Shown here in pieces: positions 25,101-38,394 of a DNA stretch of 64,000 bases. The notes under the pieces were generated by a model, which saw only the letters and a list, made by a program, of their open reading frames with translations, searched no databases and was not told the origin of the DNA. A program made the translations under genes and the position numbers. Every line of letters begins with the position of its first letter. Position 1 is the stretch's first letter. The DNA is from Lingula anatina (taxonomy: Eukaryota; Animalia; Brachiopoda): NCBI GenBank assembly GCA_051362555.1, contig CM120648.1, positions 16,612,587 through 16,676,586 of the forward strand, written 5' to 3'.

Positions 25101-27991
25101 TTACTTCTCTTCAGAATCAGAAGAGACCGATGATGGTGCAGCATCCAAGAAACATGCCAAGAAATCAAAAGCTGGAAAAATGGATGAAACTAAAGCAAAT
25201 ATTTTCAAGAAGATAGCAAGCAACAAAGACACTCCTAGCAAGTCTGAAGAACAACCACAGTCAGAAGACGAATCCATGAAGTCACCCAAGAAAACACCCA
25301 AAAAGACCAAAGCTTTGAAGAAGATGATTGGGAAAAAAGAGCCCATAAAAGAGACAACAAAAGAAATACCATTAGAGGTGAAAACCGAAGTTAAATCCGA
25401 AGAAGACAGTGATGAAGAAATAAATAAGAAAAAAGCAACCAAGACTCCAACAAAAGGTGGGAAAATGTTTGAGAAAAAAATGGATGAAAAGAAAGCCAAT
25501 ATTTTCAAGAAAATCGCTGCCAATAAGGAAGCAGCAAAGAAAGTGAAGGCAAAAAGGGAAAGCACAACCGAGTCTGAGGAGACTCGAGGAGAAGACAAAC
25601 TGACTGATCAAAATGAAAGCAGTAAGGACTCTGATACCAAATTACCAATGCCCCAGCAAATAAAAGCTGAGAAGCCATCTGCTGACTCCGGTCTGCCTAC
25701 CACACATCTTAACAAGGAATCTAAATCATGTAAAGGGGAGAGAGAGGAGGGAAAAGAAGCCTTTATTGCGACAGTGGATGCAAGTAAAAAGACTGTGAAG
25801 GGAAAGAAAGAGGCCCAACAAGGCAGTAAGGTTGGGAAGGTGGAGAGCAAGCATCCAAGATTATCAGAAACTCAACCCACTGTACAAAAATCAGCACAAT
25901 CTGGGGAACCAAGTAATGCTAATTTGTTAGAAAACGTTGTCCAAGGAAGTAAACCTGATGCAAAGCCTGGTGATGAAACTGTGGCCAAGAAAGATGAAGA
26001 GAGAAAGAAGAAAAAGAAGAAACAGAAAGCAAGTATACTGAAAGATGACATGACGGAAAATGAACATGAGCAAGCTAAAGCTACAGAAGACAATGAACAT
26101 GATGTAAGCGTGACTGTTGAACAAGGTCTGAAGGATCAGTCCGCAAAGCAAGATCATGGTGATTTCAAAATAAAAGTGGAAAAAGAATCAAGTCCTGTAG
26201 TTGAGAAGCAAAGTGATGATGATAGGCTGGAAAACGTGCCCATTGAAAGTGTTGCAGAAACGGTTGAAATTCAGACAGAATGTGGGCAAGATATGGAACT
26301 GCCAAAGCTACATGAAACTTCCAAGGAAGAAAAAGGTGAGGAGGCAGATAGTGTGAATACCGCCGATTTGGAAGTTCCCATTGGGTCCCCTAAGAAAGCA
26401 CAGAGAGTCGCATCAAAGAACAAAGCTAAGAAAGGCACCGTGGGGAAGGATGGAGAAAAATCTGATACCGAGCCAAAATTATCCGATGCAAGCAAAAGAA
26501 ATAAAGCACCCCCTAAAGAGAATGCTCAGCGAAACATCAAAAGTGACCCAGATGATCCCATGGTTGAAGTCTCCAGTAAGAGCCAGTCTGAGCCTGTTCA
26601 GAAGAGTTCCTTAGACCTGATATTTGATGAGATCACGAGAGAGAGCGCCACTATGTCAGCCGACGAAAGTAGCCATTTGGAGGCTGCTTCTACTCCTGGT
26701 AAAGCTAAACCCAGGAGGAAAGCTGCACGCCAGAGCAACTTGGCTGCCAGCGGGGATGACAGCCAACAGGGCAAAGGTCAGACGCAAGAGGCACCACCTG
26801 AGCAGTCAGCCAATGAAACTTCTACAGCAGAAGCGGCAACGGATGATTCTGACTCTCCAAGGTCTAAACGGGGCAGGCGCACCAAACCCAAAGTTTACAG
26901 TCAAGATTTCATCACAACCCTCCCCAGGGTTAGTAGAACGCCATCCCCTAAAGCGGCTTCTCCTAGAGCTACCAGGCAAGGGTCTGCCGCCTCTCCCAAA
27001 GCTGCTCTGACGCCGTCGAAGACGCAACCACCCCCAAAGGCTGCTGGGGCTACTCCTGTGAAATCTGAGAAACTTGTACGAGGCAAAAAGGAAAAGGAGG
27101 CTGAAAAATCGGGAGACACTGATAAAGAGACCACCACCGAAACTAAAAGCATGTCTGTATTTGATTGGCAGGATTCACCAGATTCCTCTCCTATTCCACC
27201 AATGAGAGTGCAGAAGACATCAGTATCTGAGTCATCATCAGAAGTTACACCTGGTGGTGAGCAGGCTGATAAAGCCAAGAAAAGCCGAGGGGTTCGCAGT
27301 GGGGTCAAAAAGAAGTCAGACACTCAAAACAGTGAGACTGACGGTGGCAGAGAGAAAGATGAACCCATTCTGGACCCTGTCACTGGGTTGTTCAGGGACA
27401 AAGAAGGCAGAGTTTGCCCAGGGTATGGAGTTACCGAAGAGGAAGAAAAATCCCAAGAAGCTGATGAAAATTCCCTCAATTCTAATGAGTTGGAGTTAAG
27501 TCAGCCCACAGCAGAATCTATCGCAGAAGATGCTTGCGCTGTGAGCGCTCTTTTGGCCATGTCTGATGACATTGTTCCCACGCCTTCAGGGGCCTCAGAG
27601 ACACCATCATCAAACCAGGCTACAGCAATTGAGGATGTGTCTCAACCTGCCCCGTCACAAGGTCTTGTGAAAGTTCCAGAGCCAGCGCAAACCAAACTGC
27701 CAGCTGTATCCACAGAAAACCCAACGCCAGTGGCAGCTGTGACTTCAGCAGCTCCCATAGTGCTCAGTAACATCGACAAGGTCATTGATCAGGTGTCCAA
27801 GGGGGAGTTTGAAGACTCGGACTACGACGTTAACTCAGAGCTATACCAGTCCCGAATGAACAGCCGTCGTCGCAGCTCGGATGTGAGGCATCTCTCAGGG
27901 GATGGCCCGCGCACGCCGCAGACCCCACAACACGTGCCAGCGCACCTGAGGTCCCCACCCCACATTCCTCATCCACTGACAAGCCCGCAGG
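22109..27991 (+). CDS. spen: SPEN giant exon (5,883 nt), K/E/S/D-rich; contains YVSMYDKVKRRSS motif
   Basis: cttttcag acceptor phase 1, G|gtaggt donor phase 1, ORF 22111..28140. Confidence 0.93.
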
Positions 27992-29236
27992 GTAGGTGTT
28001 CATGTTTTCTTCATCTGTTATTATTTCAGTTTTACCATTTTATTTTTTTATTTCAGTATTACCAGCTTAATCTTTATTATTTATTATTTTGGTTTTACCT
28101 TTTTTATTTTTCTTTATTTCATATTTTATTTGTTTTTTAAATTATTTACTTATTATTTTTCAATAGTGGCGTTTTTTTTTTTTTTTTTTTTTCAAATGCA
28201 GGGCAAAATGGTAGGTGCATTTTATGGTAGGGGTTTGCATAGAGATTATACTGGATTAAGAAAACCAACGTAATCATATATCTCTGCCTGACATTAACAT
28301 TCAGAACAAGCAGCTAAAATAATACAGAATTTAATTTTTTTTTTTTTTTTTTTTTGGCTGGGGGGGGGGGGGGGGGGGATAAGTGTGAAAAAGGATATAA
28401 ACATTGCCCATTTTGCCTTGACTCCATTTTCATTATTTGTTTGATCTTAATTTTGTGTTGTTTTAACCGGTCTCCTTGTTTCAGAAAAGTGATGGAAAGA
28501 TAGATATAATCACCCAAACCCTCTATCATATAGGCAGCTGCTATTTATTAATATATTGGTATAAAAAAAAAAGACTGAGATTTACAATTTGACATTCCTT
28601 ATCAGAGCTTTAATGCGTAGTTAAGAATTGTGCAATTACTGGAGAAGTAAATAATTGTTTGGAAGAGTCACTGAAACAGTGGGCAGTCTCAAAGTAAGTC
28701 TGAATTTGAGTTGTCTTGAAGGCAGTAGAATTGATTCATTGGATGATAGTCAAATAAGCACTTTAAAACGTTTTCAAAAATTAGATTAATGTCACCTTGA
28801 ATTAGATTATTTTTGAAAATTAGCATAATTTTTAATTATGAAAAAAGAATGTTTGGTCAGCAATTGGAAGCTCTTGGATGGGGTAATTTTGTTGTAGAAG
28901 TTGAGCTCAAATATGGATGTTAACTTACAGATCAACATTTTAGTCCTCTATTGGAGAAGATAAAACAGTGTTCTGTAAAATGAAAATTTTTTCTCTGATT
29001 TTTTTTATCTTTTACCTGGTTGACTCCATTTAGTTGCCCTAAATTGTATTGGGTTGTCCCTGACATTTTCATCCATTTTTTTAAACTCCAGACTGATGGT
29101 AAATTGTCACTTCATCTCTCCATCCAAGCCTGGTATTGTTTGAATTTAAGTGGGGGAACTTTCATGAGAGATGAGAGATGATAAAAACTGAAGTATTAAA
29201 ATGGGAAGAATTTTTATTGTCATTTTTTTCTTCCAG

Positions 29237-29472
29237 CTTTACACATGGACACCCACACTAAGCCCAGCGAGAAGGAAGTGGACACCGTCCGCTCCTCTGT
29301 CGAGGCTGGCGAACCATACGTCCAGTCTCCTACAGGACTTATGATGTCACCAACCTATCACTATTCCCACGAGAAGATGCCTACGCTGCCAATAAAGACT
29401 GATGTCCACATGGGAGTGGTGCAGGGAGCGCCACACGCCATGGGACAAGTGGAACGCAGCCCCACTGGACAG
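29237..29472 (+). CDS. spen: SPEN exon
   Basis: ttcttccag acceptor phase 1, CAG|gtagat donor phase 0. Confidence 0.88.
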
Positions 29473-29824
29473 GTAGATAGGGGGCGCTTTATCATAACTG
29501 ATACCAATTTAATGTTGCTTTTGTTTATTGAGGCATACAAGACTCTCAAGATTCTTTGAAATTTTAGTTGTTTGCTTGTTACTTTGTCACCAAGATAAAT
29601 CTTATCAAAAACCATTGCACTACTTTTTTTCTTTCTCGTTATTATCCCAGTGGTTCATAAAGTAATAATGTGTCTAAAATCAAGAATTGTTACAAATAAA
29701 GTACAGAGTTTACATTGAAAAAATATATATAATTTAAGGTGTCTAACGTAATAAACATTTATTAAAATTAAGTACAGATTAAAATTTAAGGAAAATATAT
29801 TGTCACTTGTTTTAATGGTTGTAG

Positions 29825-30749
29825 GTGATAGAGAGAGTTCCTAACCCTAGCATCAGTGTAGCTACCAGTCAGGCCCCTGGACCAGGCCCCAAACATCCCA
29901 CAAGTAAGGGGATGCCAGAGTACCAGAAAGGGCTCCCATCCCAAGGTTACTGGGACCACACAACAATGGGGATGCCGCAGTTCATGCAGGGGCGACCCCC
30001 TGTTTCTTCAGAGGGCAAACCCCAAGGTGAGGGGTTCCCTGGTTATCCTGCAGGGATTCATCCTCAGAGACCCCCAGTGGGAGAGCCACAGAGCTCATCT
30101 TCTCACCTGTCACCAAGTGCACGCGGACCACAGCAGCATCCGCCAACATGGCCGCCAGCTACCCAGGGGCACTTGCATAATCAGTCCTTAGATGCCAGGA
30201 TTCCCACGCCGGCACAGAGGGCAGGGACCAAAGAGGTGCCTCCTGTCTCTCAACCAGCTGATATCAGGCCATTGACCCCCTCTCAGCGTGCGAGGCAGGA
30301 GGCGCGGGGTGTGGTGGACGCCCAGCATCAGGCACAGTATCGCAGATCTCCAGAGAGACCACCGCAGCAGAAACCTCCACACCAAGAGTTCCGTGTACCT
30401 GTCACGTCTGCTGCTCACGCAGAGTCTGTACCCTCACACCACCAGCCACAGACATCTACCAACGCCACACCCAGTGCCCCACCACCCATAACAGGAGGTC
30501 AATTCTCACCCCGCGCCTCCACGCCGGGGTCTTCCCAGCATCCTCCACCCCCAGCGCGGGGTCAACCCATGCATCACCTGGCTGAGCAGCAGAGGAGGGG
30601 CACGCCAGGTCACGGGCAGCAGACCCCTGAGGTCCAGGCCACCCAAGCTCCCCAGGGACAGGACGTGAGGGTGCCCATGTCTGAGACTATGCAAATGAGA
30701 CAGCAGCCATCCAGTCCTAGGGCACCAGGGCACAGTGGGGTGGCCCAAG
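29825..30749 (+). CDS. spen: SPEN exon, P/Q/H-rich
   Basis: ttgtag acceptor phase 0, G|gtatgg donor phase 1, ORF 29825..30874. Confidence 0.9.
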
Positions 30750-32864
30750 GTATGGATAGCAATAATAATAGTACTAGATTCTACACCATAGATCTTTTCA
30801 TTGGGGAAATATTGACAATCTTTCAAATGCGTCATTTTAGAATATATTTCTATATAGTATCAGTGGTGCTTTAAATGTGTAGAATTAAACGTCAAGGCAA
30901 TCTGCTGTTTGATTTAGTTTCTACAACTCAATAGGAATGCTCCTATTTTAAGAATTAAGAACTTTATGAAAGAATCTGAAAAATTCAAATATTTCTCCAT
31001 TGAAAGATAAGAAAATTGTACTAAGCATTTTAGATACACGCATGTAGAGTACATTCAAGATATATATACAATAAATTAGTAATAAATGCAATTTTAAGTG
31101 CAATAAAACTCAAAACAGCACATCAGGTAGAACTTTAAATGTCATGTTTATAAGGTGAGACAGAATAAGCCATTCAGTATGTGTTCTGTTTGTTTGCTCT
31201 CTGTGAAACAAGACTCAGGGACTGAACGCTTCTGCCAATTATTGCCATTGTTGTGTGGTCCCAGCTGTTAACAATACTTTCTAATTTTCCATCATCGGTG
31301 CCAAGCACAAAGCAAAGTCAGATCTTGTTAATTAGACAAGAACTTGTAAATGGGTTTATGGATAATAATTTTCTCTCCATTCGTAGTTTCGGGTAGCCAT
31401 GGTGATGCAGGGATGATTGGTGAACTTTCAAGAAATTATCATATTTTATTTTTTGCTATATATATATATATATAGGTGTGATTTTAATCACTAAGTAGGG
31501 GGTAGGAAAGGAAGGACGTACATGTGTATGTGTGCATGTATGTATATTAATCTCCATGGTAACATTAGCTCCTGTTCTTACGTAAATCTCCCTTCATCCA
31601 ATTACTCCATTGTGACAATGAAGGAGCTTGAACAGTTTGACTCCATCAGTTAGCAGTTTAGGATGTGATAAGTTGGTGATTTATGTGGCAGTTGATAGTA
31701 TTCCGATTGAAGAGAAGTGTTAATTACGTGGTTGACGATATTTGATAGGTTTAACATTAACTGAGTGATTGAGGTTATTAGTTATAGCGCCTTCACAGGG
31801 TAGACACTGCGCAATACTACAAGTTTACAGCTACGGCAGGTGAAGTGTTTGCCCCAGGTTCTAGTTAAAATCAAAAACAGGTAGGAGTTATACCTTCATT
31901 CTTGTTTATATTAATTATATAAGTAACAGATTTGGGTTACTCCCAGGGTCTAGATTATTGACACAAGAGATATAAAACAAAAATCATCAGCTATGCTATG
32001 TACAGAGATGAGACTAGTATTTCTGGTAGGTAATATTGAAACTATTGTTCACCACTAGTATTTCAATGTCAATCTAGAGTATCTTCACCAGGGAATGAGG
32101 CTGTCGGGGTGAATAGGCTCTACCCAGGAGATATACCTCTCCACCACCCCTCTCATATATTAAGACAAGGTCAGGCAGGAACCTCTCCACCACCCCACTC
32201 ATATATTAAGACAAGGTCAGACAGGATGTCCCAGCATTTCTGTTCAGATGGCTGCCATTCTGGAGCGTATCTGATGTTGATATTTCTATTGGAGCTTACA
32301 CAAATTGGTGATTGTTAAAAAGCCTGGCCAGTCATTTAAGTTGAAATCAGCCTTCATAAATTTTATCAATGGTTGAATCCAAGTGCAGAGAGAGAGAGAG
32401 ATAATTCATGAGAAGGAGAAAGTTGCTTATTTTGGTGGGGAAATCTCCTGGAGTGTATCTTTCTGCTTTAAAGGCCAGAGATGGGTATTTCATGTATAAG
32501 TGGTTATTTGACTCTATCATCAGATATATCATGGAGTTAGTTTAGTTAAGAGAAAATCAGGCTATCATATTCTTGGTCATCATCCCTCCAGTATCTTAGC
32601 TCTTTAAGATGTGCGTATATGGTGGTATGGGTGGTTCCATCCCTATCTTATCATTCTTAGTCTGGTAAATAGCGTCTTGTTGGTTTAATCAGTAATGGGA
32701 TTTTACTGACTTTCAGGGGATTTTTACCTTTTTGGGACCCATATTTTCAGATTTTTACACTGAATGGCACATTCGGCGTTGTTTAATTACATGTAAAGAA
32801 AGTTTTAATTGATTCATGAACAATGTTATAGTTGTACTAACTTGTTCTCTCTCTTTTCTTCCAG

Positions 32865-33853
32865 AGACGGGCATGTACAGGCAGCCAGTGTCAGTGGCGC
32901 AGGCTTTATCTCACCACTATCCCCCAGGGATGTACCCCCCAGGGATGCTGCACGCCACCCCAGGGGGTAGTGCCCCACCCGCCCAGTCCCCTCACTCCCT
33001 ACAGCAGGCCAGTGAGCTCCGCGCAGTCCTCAATCGACCATCTTTGATCGCCCAGCACCAGGCGCAGCTTCAGCAGCAGCTGTATGTGAGACCACCACTT
33101 CACCACCAGGTGGAGTCCACGCAGTCTCCCGGTGGAGTGAAGAATCTTTCTCCTGTCGTTGGGCAAGGTGCCGTGGGGACGCATACTACTAAGGAAGGAA
33201 GGGTAGCACCACCGCCTAATAATCAGCCTATAGAGAGCCGTGTGCGTATGTCCCAACCTGGAGGGCCATATGGTGAGATGCGGGTTACGCAAGAAGATGG
33301 CCGCATTGTAACCTTGCCCAGTGCCTTTGCCACGCCTAATGGCGGCCGCCTGGGATTGGTGGATGCTAGAGCCGAACTGAAGCAGAGGACAGCAGCGCAC
33401 CCCTCTGTGGCGCACCCTGACCCCAGGGCCCCCATGGCCGCTCATCTGCCTTCAGAGTTCTTGATGCAGCATGGAGGGATGATGCCATACCCGCACACAA
33501 GTTTAGCGGGTCACATCGGCGTCCCTCCACACCTGGACCCACGAATTGTGATGGCGGGGGGACAACACCACCCGGAGTTAATTGCGCGCCAGGGACCACC
33601 CATGATCCCCACTGTTGTGGCGCAGCACCACCTGGCGGCTTTACAAGAAGCCCAGTCGCGAACGCCTGACAGTCAGCCCATTTCAAGGCCACCTTCTCAG
33701 TTTGAGTTGCCAAATCAACACTCGTCCTCGCCAGTGTACAGCTCTGCACAGGCAGCGGTGCCGCCACACATGGCGCACATTCCCAACATGGCGGAGAGAG
33801 CCGGGGGATTAGAAATACCTCAACACCCTGACAACCTGTTAAGCTTGCTTAAT
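32865..33853 (+). CDS. spen: SPEN exon, P/Q/H-rich, leading into SPOC (DNLLSLLN)
   Basis: long pyrimidine tract plus ccag acceptor phase 1; gtaagt donor phase 0. Confidence 0.92.
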
Positions 33854-34281
33854 GTAAGTAGTTAACATATTCTATATTTATTATGTATTTGTGTTGTCAT
33901 TGTAACCAGCTGGTACTTCTCAGCTCTGAAATTTAACTCTCTCCCCCCCCCCCCTTCCTCTTTTATAGACATGTTCTGATATTAATTTTGCATATTTTAT
34001 AACTGAAAAGAAATTGTCTCGAAAAAAAATCCCCCTATTCACTCAGTCAGGAGTTAATTGATCTTGAAAATTGACGTGTCAGAAATTAACACATTGCTAG
34101 ATGGAAATGAAGGCATTGTGCAGTACATCCTGTTATTTGCTCCATTGTAGTTCTTGGAAATTTTATAGGGAGAACTAGAGTAACTGCCAACTGAATTTAT
34201 TAGAGAAAGATATAAATATAAAATCTGAAGAATTTGAATAAAAATAACTCTGACCTGAAACTTTCTCTCTTACATGTCCAG

Positions 34282-34485
34282 AAATACCCCGTGATGTGGC
34301 AAGGCATGCTGGGATTGAAAAATGACAGCGCCAATGTGCAGATGCACTGGGTTGCAGGAAACGACAAGTTGGTGGGTGTGTCCCTGCCACATATGGCAGC
34401 AGACGGTCTCCCATGCATCCTGCGAATTGCACAGAGAATGCGCTTGGAGCCTTCGCAGCTGGACGGAGTGGCCAGAAGAATGGAG
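34282..34485 (+). CDS. spen: SPEN SPOC domain exon 1 (KYPVMWQGMLGLKND...LRIAQRMRLE)
   Basis: SPOC signature; ccag acceptor, GAG|gtgaga donor. Confidence 0.97.
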
Positions 34486-34674
34486 GTGAGAGACCAAAAT
34501 AAGGGATGAAAGTTTTGATGGATTGATTTAGAAATCTAGATATTTGGGAACACTCATGTTTGATTTGTTGATTCAGAAATCTAGATATTTGGTGTTCTTT
34601 TTGTGTATTTCGAACTGTTCCTTGCTTTGCAAATAATCATCGAATTTTTAAAAAATAATTTTTTTTTTTTACAG

Positions 34675-34833
34675 AAGCACGAAGACTACTGCATGATGCT
34701 TGCGCTGCCCATGGGGCGCGACCACGCAGATGTAATAAGTCAGACCCACGGCTTGAAGACGGGATTCATACAATATCTGCAACAGAAGCAGGCGGCCGGA
34801 ATAGTCAATGTGCCAGCTCCTGGATCAACTCAG
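34675..34833 (+). CDS. spen: SPEN SPOC domain exon 2 (DYCMMLALPMGRD...YLQQKQAAGIVNV)
   Basis: poly-T plus acag acceptor, CAG|gtattc donor. Confidence 0.97.
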
Positions 34834-35736
34834 GTATTCCCCTCACAATTTTAGGATTTGTCTTTAATAATAATAATAATACATTTCTGGTCTGTTTTGA
34901 AAGAAATGTTATCTTTTATATCAGAAGTAAAGAGAAATGGTTACCATACGATAACAGTAAAATACCAGCTTGATGATCTAAAATTTGAGAAAATTATTAA
35001 GACCTCAGAAAAGGCAGCTTGCAAGGTCACACGTCCTCATTGCATTGATTTTTTTCTAAAATATTGTGAAATTGGTGGTATTCCGGATCCACGACCCTGT
35101 TAATCCAACAGATGGTTGCCAATAATTACATTATCACCATCTGTATGTGATAATTGCCTGGAGACCTCTTGTTGAAACTTTCTTAATAAACAGGTTCATA
35201 ATGACTTCGTTAAACTATGCTGTTTGAAAATGACTTGTCATTACTCAGTGCAATTTTTTTGCTACAAAGAGTTCCTAGCCCTTAATTACAGTCAATAGAT
35301 TTTAATAGTATATTGAAATTGCAATTATCATTGACAGAGGCTTGTATTCCATTCATTGTTTTTGTTCTTGTAAAGTACTTGAATTGGATCAATTAGTAAT
35401 TTGTCAATAATAATCATAAATTCAAATTCGCAGAAGGAAAAAAAAACTCTTTTTGAACATCATTAGAGTAATTATGCAATCTTACAATGGGTAAATTCTT
35501 TTCATGATTTACAATTTGTGTCACATCATCAGTGTGTAAAAATTCACAATTCATTTGAAGTAATGACAGTCAGTTGGTAGCTTTCAAAAAGTAGAAGTTA
35601 ATTTTAAAAACTTAGATTAGAGCCTTTTAAGACCTGAGAAGTGCTTGGATTTGTTTTTAATTTGTTTTTGAAATTGCTGTTTGAATCACCGCTAAAGAAC
35701 CTCCGGTTATTAGAAATTTTGTTTTATCATTTTCAG

Positions 35737-35865
35737 CCGGCTTACGTCGTCCACATATTCCCACCCTGTGAATTCAGCCAAGGCAATCTGGCCAGGATGT
35801 CACCTGACTTGTTGCAGAACATAAGAGACATGGCGCATCTTCTGATCGTCATAGCAACAGTTTAG
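35737..35865 (+). CDS. spen: SPEN last coding exon (PAYVVHIFPPCEFS...HLLIVIATV*)
   Basis: tttcag acceptor; matches SPOC C-terminus; TAG stop. Confidence 0.97.
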   Translation, partial: PAYVVHIFPPCEFSQGNLARMSPDLLQNIRDMAHLLIVIATV

Positions 35866-38299
35866 ACTTACTGCCAGCGAGTGACAGAAATTGGCATGTA
35901 GCCAAGGACAAACTTGTCATGGTTTAGACTTGACTTTTGATGGATTCTTGCGCTGTGTGAAAGAAATCTAGCAATCCTGGTAATGCTGATAGTAAAAGCC
36001 AATCTGGGGGCAAGTTTCAGCATATTTCAAGATGAAGAATTGTTACACTAGACTATGTTGTAGAACTGGTGTCTTGTCTTACCCATAGGTGTCAGCACCC
36101 AAGATATCAAACAAGATGAGACTTATTGTTATCTCATGCCTGTAAATGTACAAACGTTGGGACCGATTTGGTAAAATGTTTCCATGGAAACTGAATGACA
36201 CAAATGGAGACCTGCACATTAAACTTTGCTGTATAGAGGCTTTGACATGCAGATGTGCGCATTGTGAACTGAATTTTTATACCCCAACAGAGAAGTTTCC
36301 TTTGTCATCAGTGGGTCAGACACAATAATTAAGTTAAATTAATCAGACCCCAGTTTTCCAGAACTAACAAACTAGCCATCATTGCTGTCCAGTTAACCAA
36401 TATTCCTCCAGTAGTACAGGATAAATGAGTTCAGCTTGAGAGGTACAAACTTCTGGTAAATTCACATTAGCTAATGATCTGAGACAAGAGATGGTTATTT
36501 ACTGACAAATAGGTGTGATACTAGCTTGTATTGAATACGGTGCCCCTACAGTCCAGTTAATTAACAAAGTATTTGCATCTTTATTAGTGGTGATTTTGAC
36601 CTTGACACCAGAGGTCACCTTTAATTAGTTTGTTGTTGTCAACAGTTCATCTCAGGGTAGACTGGAAGAAAAATTACTTTGATCGAGGAAATTGTGAAAT
36701 TGTCAACATTTCCATTGTTATTATGTAATATAGATCTCATCGGCAGCACATTAATGTTATTATTACTTTTATTATGACTTTGTGGTGTTGTATACTTGGA
36801 TTCATATCAAATATGGTTAGCCTGTCTTGAATACAGTGCCCCCTACAGTCCTGTTGTTGGAGGCTTTAAGACATGGTAAATGTTGTTCAGGTTGAAATAT
36901 TATATTGCTTCAGATTACAGTGCCCTGGGCAATAGTTTCTGTTGCTTATATTTCTTGAAAAAATTAAGGTCATGTCACCATGGCCTTTTAATTCTTTAGG
37001 AGATGATTTTTTTCATTAATTAAAGTGTATTTATTGAGTAAATTGTAGGTTTAAAAATAGGCCATTTCTGAGCAGTGTAAATACTGGTGTACATAAACTA
37101 CTACCCAAGGGTGGTAAAATGAGATGTGATTAAAATTTCTAGCCAACTATATGTGTAAATTATGTTGGGTTACTCTGAAATTTCTTTAAAACAACAGAGG
37201 AATTGAGCTTTGTTGTTTCTTAGAACGAAATTGAAGTAGATGAAATGAATGACACATGTTGTAATGAAACGTGTGTCCTTTAATGTGTAAATTCATTGTA
37301 TATAAGAGCGTCTATTTTTGGTAACAGTATATTTGATTATATAACTCGAGCTGCTTCTGTATTCACCTCTGTAGAATTAATTTGCTTACTCAGGAGTAAG
37401 GTAACATTGAACCAGCGACAGCTTGGACCCCCCCCTCCCCTTACTAACACTGACAGTACAAATTTCAGAAAGACGTGAGAACATTTCCAGTCTAGAATTA
37501 TAAAGTTCCCAGCACCTGTTCCCATAAGGTAACCACCTCACATTGGCCACCCCCAGGGCAAACTCCAGGGTCGCGTAATTTTTTTATCTCTGAAGTTTGC
37601 AAAAATAGAAAGTTTACATAATTGCGCTAGCTTTTCTAGTGGTAAAGGGATCACACTGGCTTGTTTTTACAGAGAAAGTTTTCACAAAGAGAAATGTAGA
37701 ACATACATCAAGATATGGAAATTCTTTTGATATGTGATCATGTGTTGAGACTAACCCTGATGTTTTTGATAGTAAAGCCAGTAAATATGAGATATTGAAA
37801 CTATAGTGCCTTAGTTGCTGTAAGAATTTTGCTTAACAGCCGTCTATAAAACAGTTGAGATCCAACTTTAAGATTATCTCTATTCCTTTGGAGGTCAAGC
37901 ACTGAATTAATGGGCTGAGAACTATGACCCCCCCCCCAAAACCACCTTATTGTACTTGAGTACATGTATACATACATACATCAGACCTAATCATGAATGA
38001 ACAAAATATCACCTTTGACAGACTTGTGAGAAAACCTCATCACTCTGCAACCTTTAGGTCTGTCGTTTATACATTTAACATTGTCAGTTGTTAGTTATGT
38101 GGGGTTAACCCCAGCCCTCTCTTAAGGGGGTTCCCCCTTACTCCACCCCCACCATCTATCTTTGTATATAAAACATTCAGAGATCGTTAATTAAAAGGCA
38201 CTTGTTGTTTAATGAGTGGTGTCATAACTGTCCAAGTTGTAGATGTTAAAAAAGAGTTTGGCAGTCATGACATAATGAAGACAATTAACTTTGTGAATG

Positions 38300-38355
38300 A
38301 ATAAAAGTCACTTGATGTAGAACTGTGTTGTGTGGTCTGGTGTTGGTGGCTTGTG
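38300..38355 (+). terminator. probable SPEN polyadenylation signal with GU-rich downstream element
   Basis: AATAAA at 38300-38305 followed about 20 nt later by tgtgttgtgtggtctggtgttggtgg; implies a 3' UTR of about 2.45 kb. Confidence 0.6.
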
Positions 38356-38394
38356 CCACACCCATTGTTCTTACTGTTTAAAAAAATATTCATG

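Larger units (their letters stand above)
4458..35865 (+). other. spen: split ends/SPEN (SHARP/MINT) gene, coding span of 18 exons in window (5' exons upstream of window)
   Basis: GT-AG exons join with consistent phases (13,435 nt, about 4,477 aa). RRM2-4 and SPOC segments closely resemble SPEN as recalled (LPLRSTDTSLRDGLFH, DEFHPKATRTLFVGNLEK, LGFGKSMPT, KYPVMWQG...LLIVIATV*). Confidence 0.96.

Noticed and set aside
22167-27323. Many S/F/L-rich minus-strand ORFs
   Set aside because: Antisense shadows of the K/E/S-rich SPEN exon.
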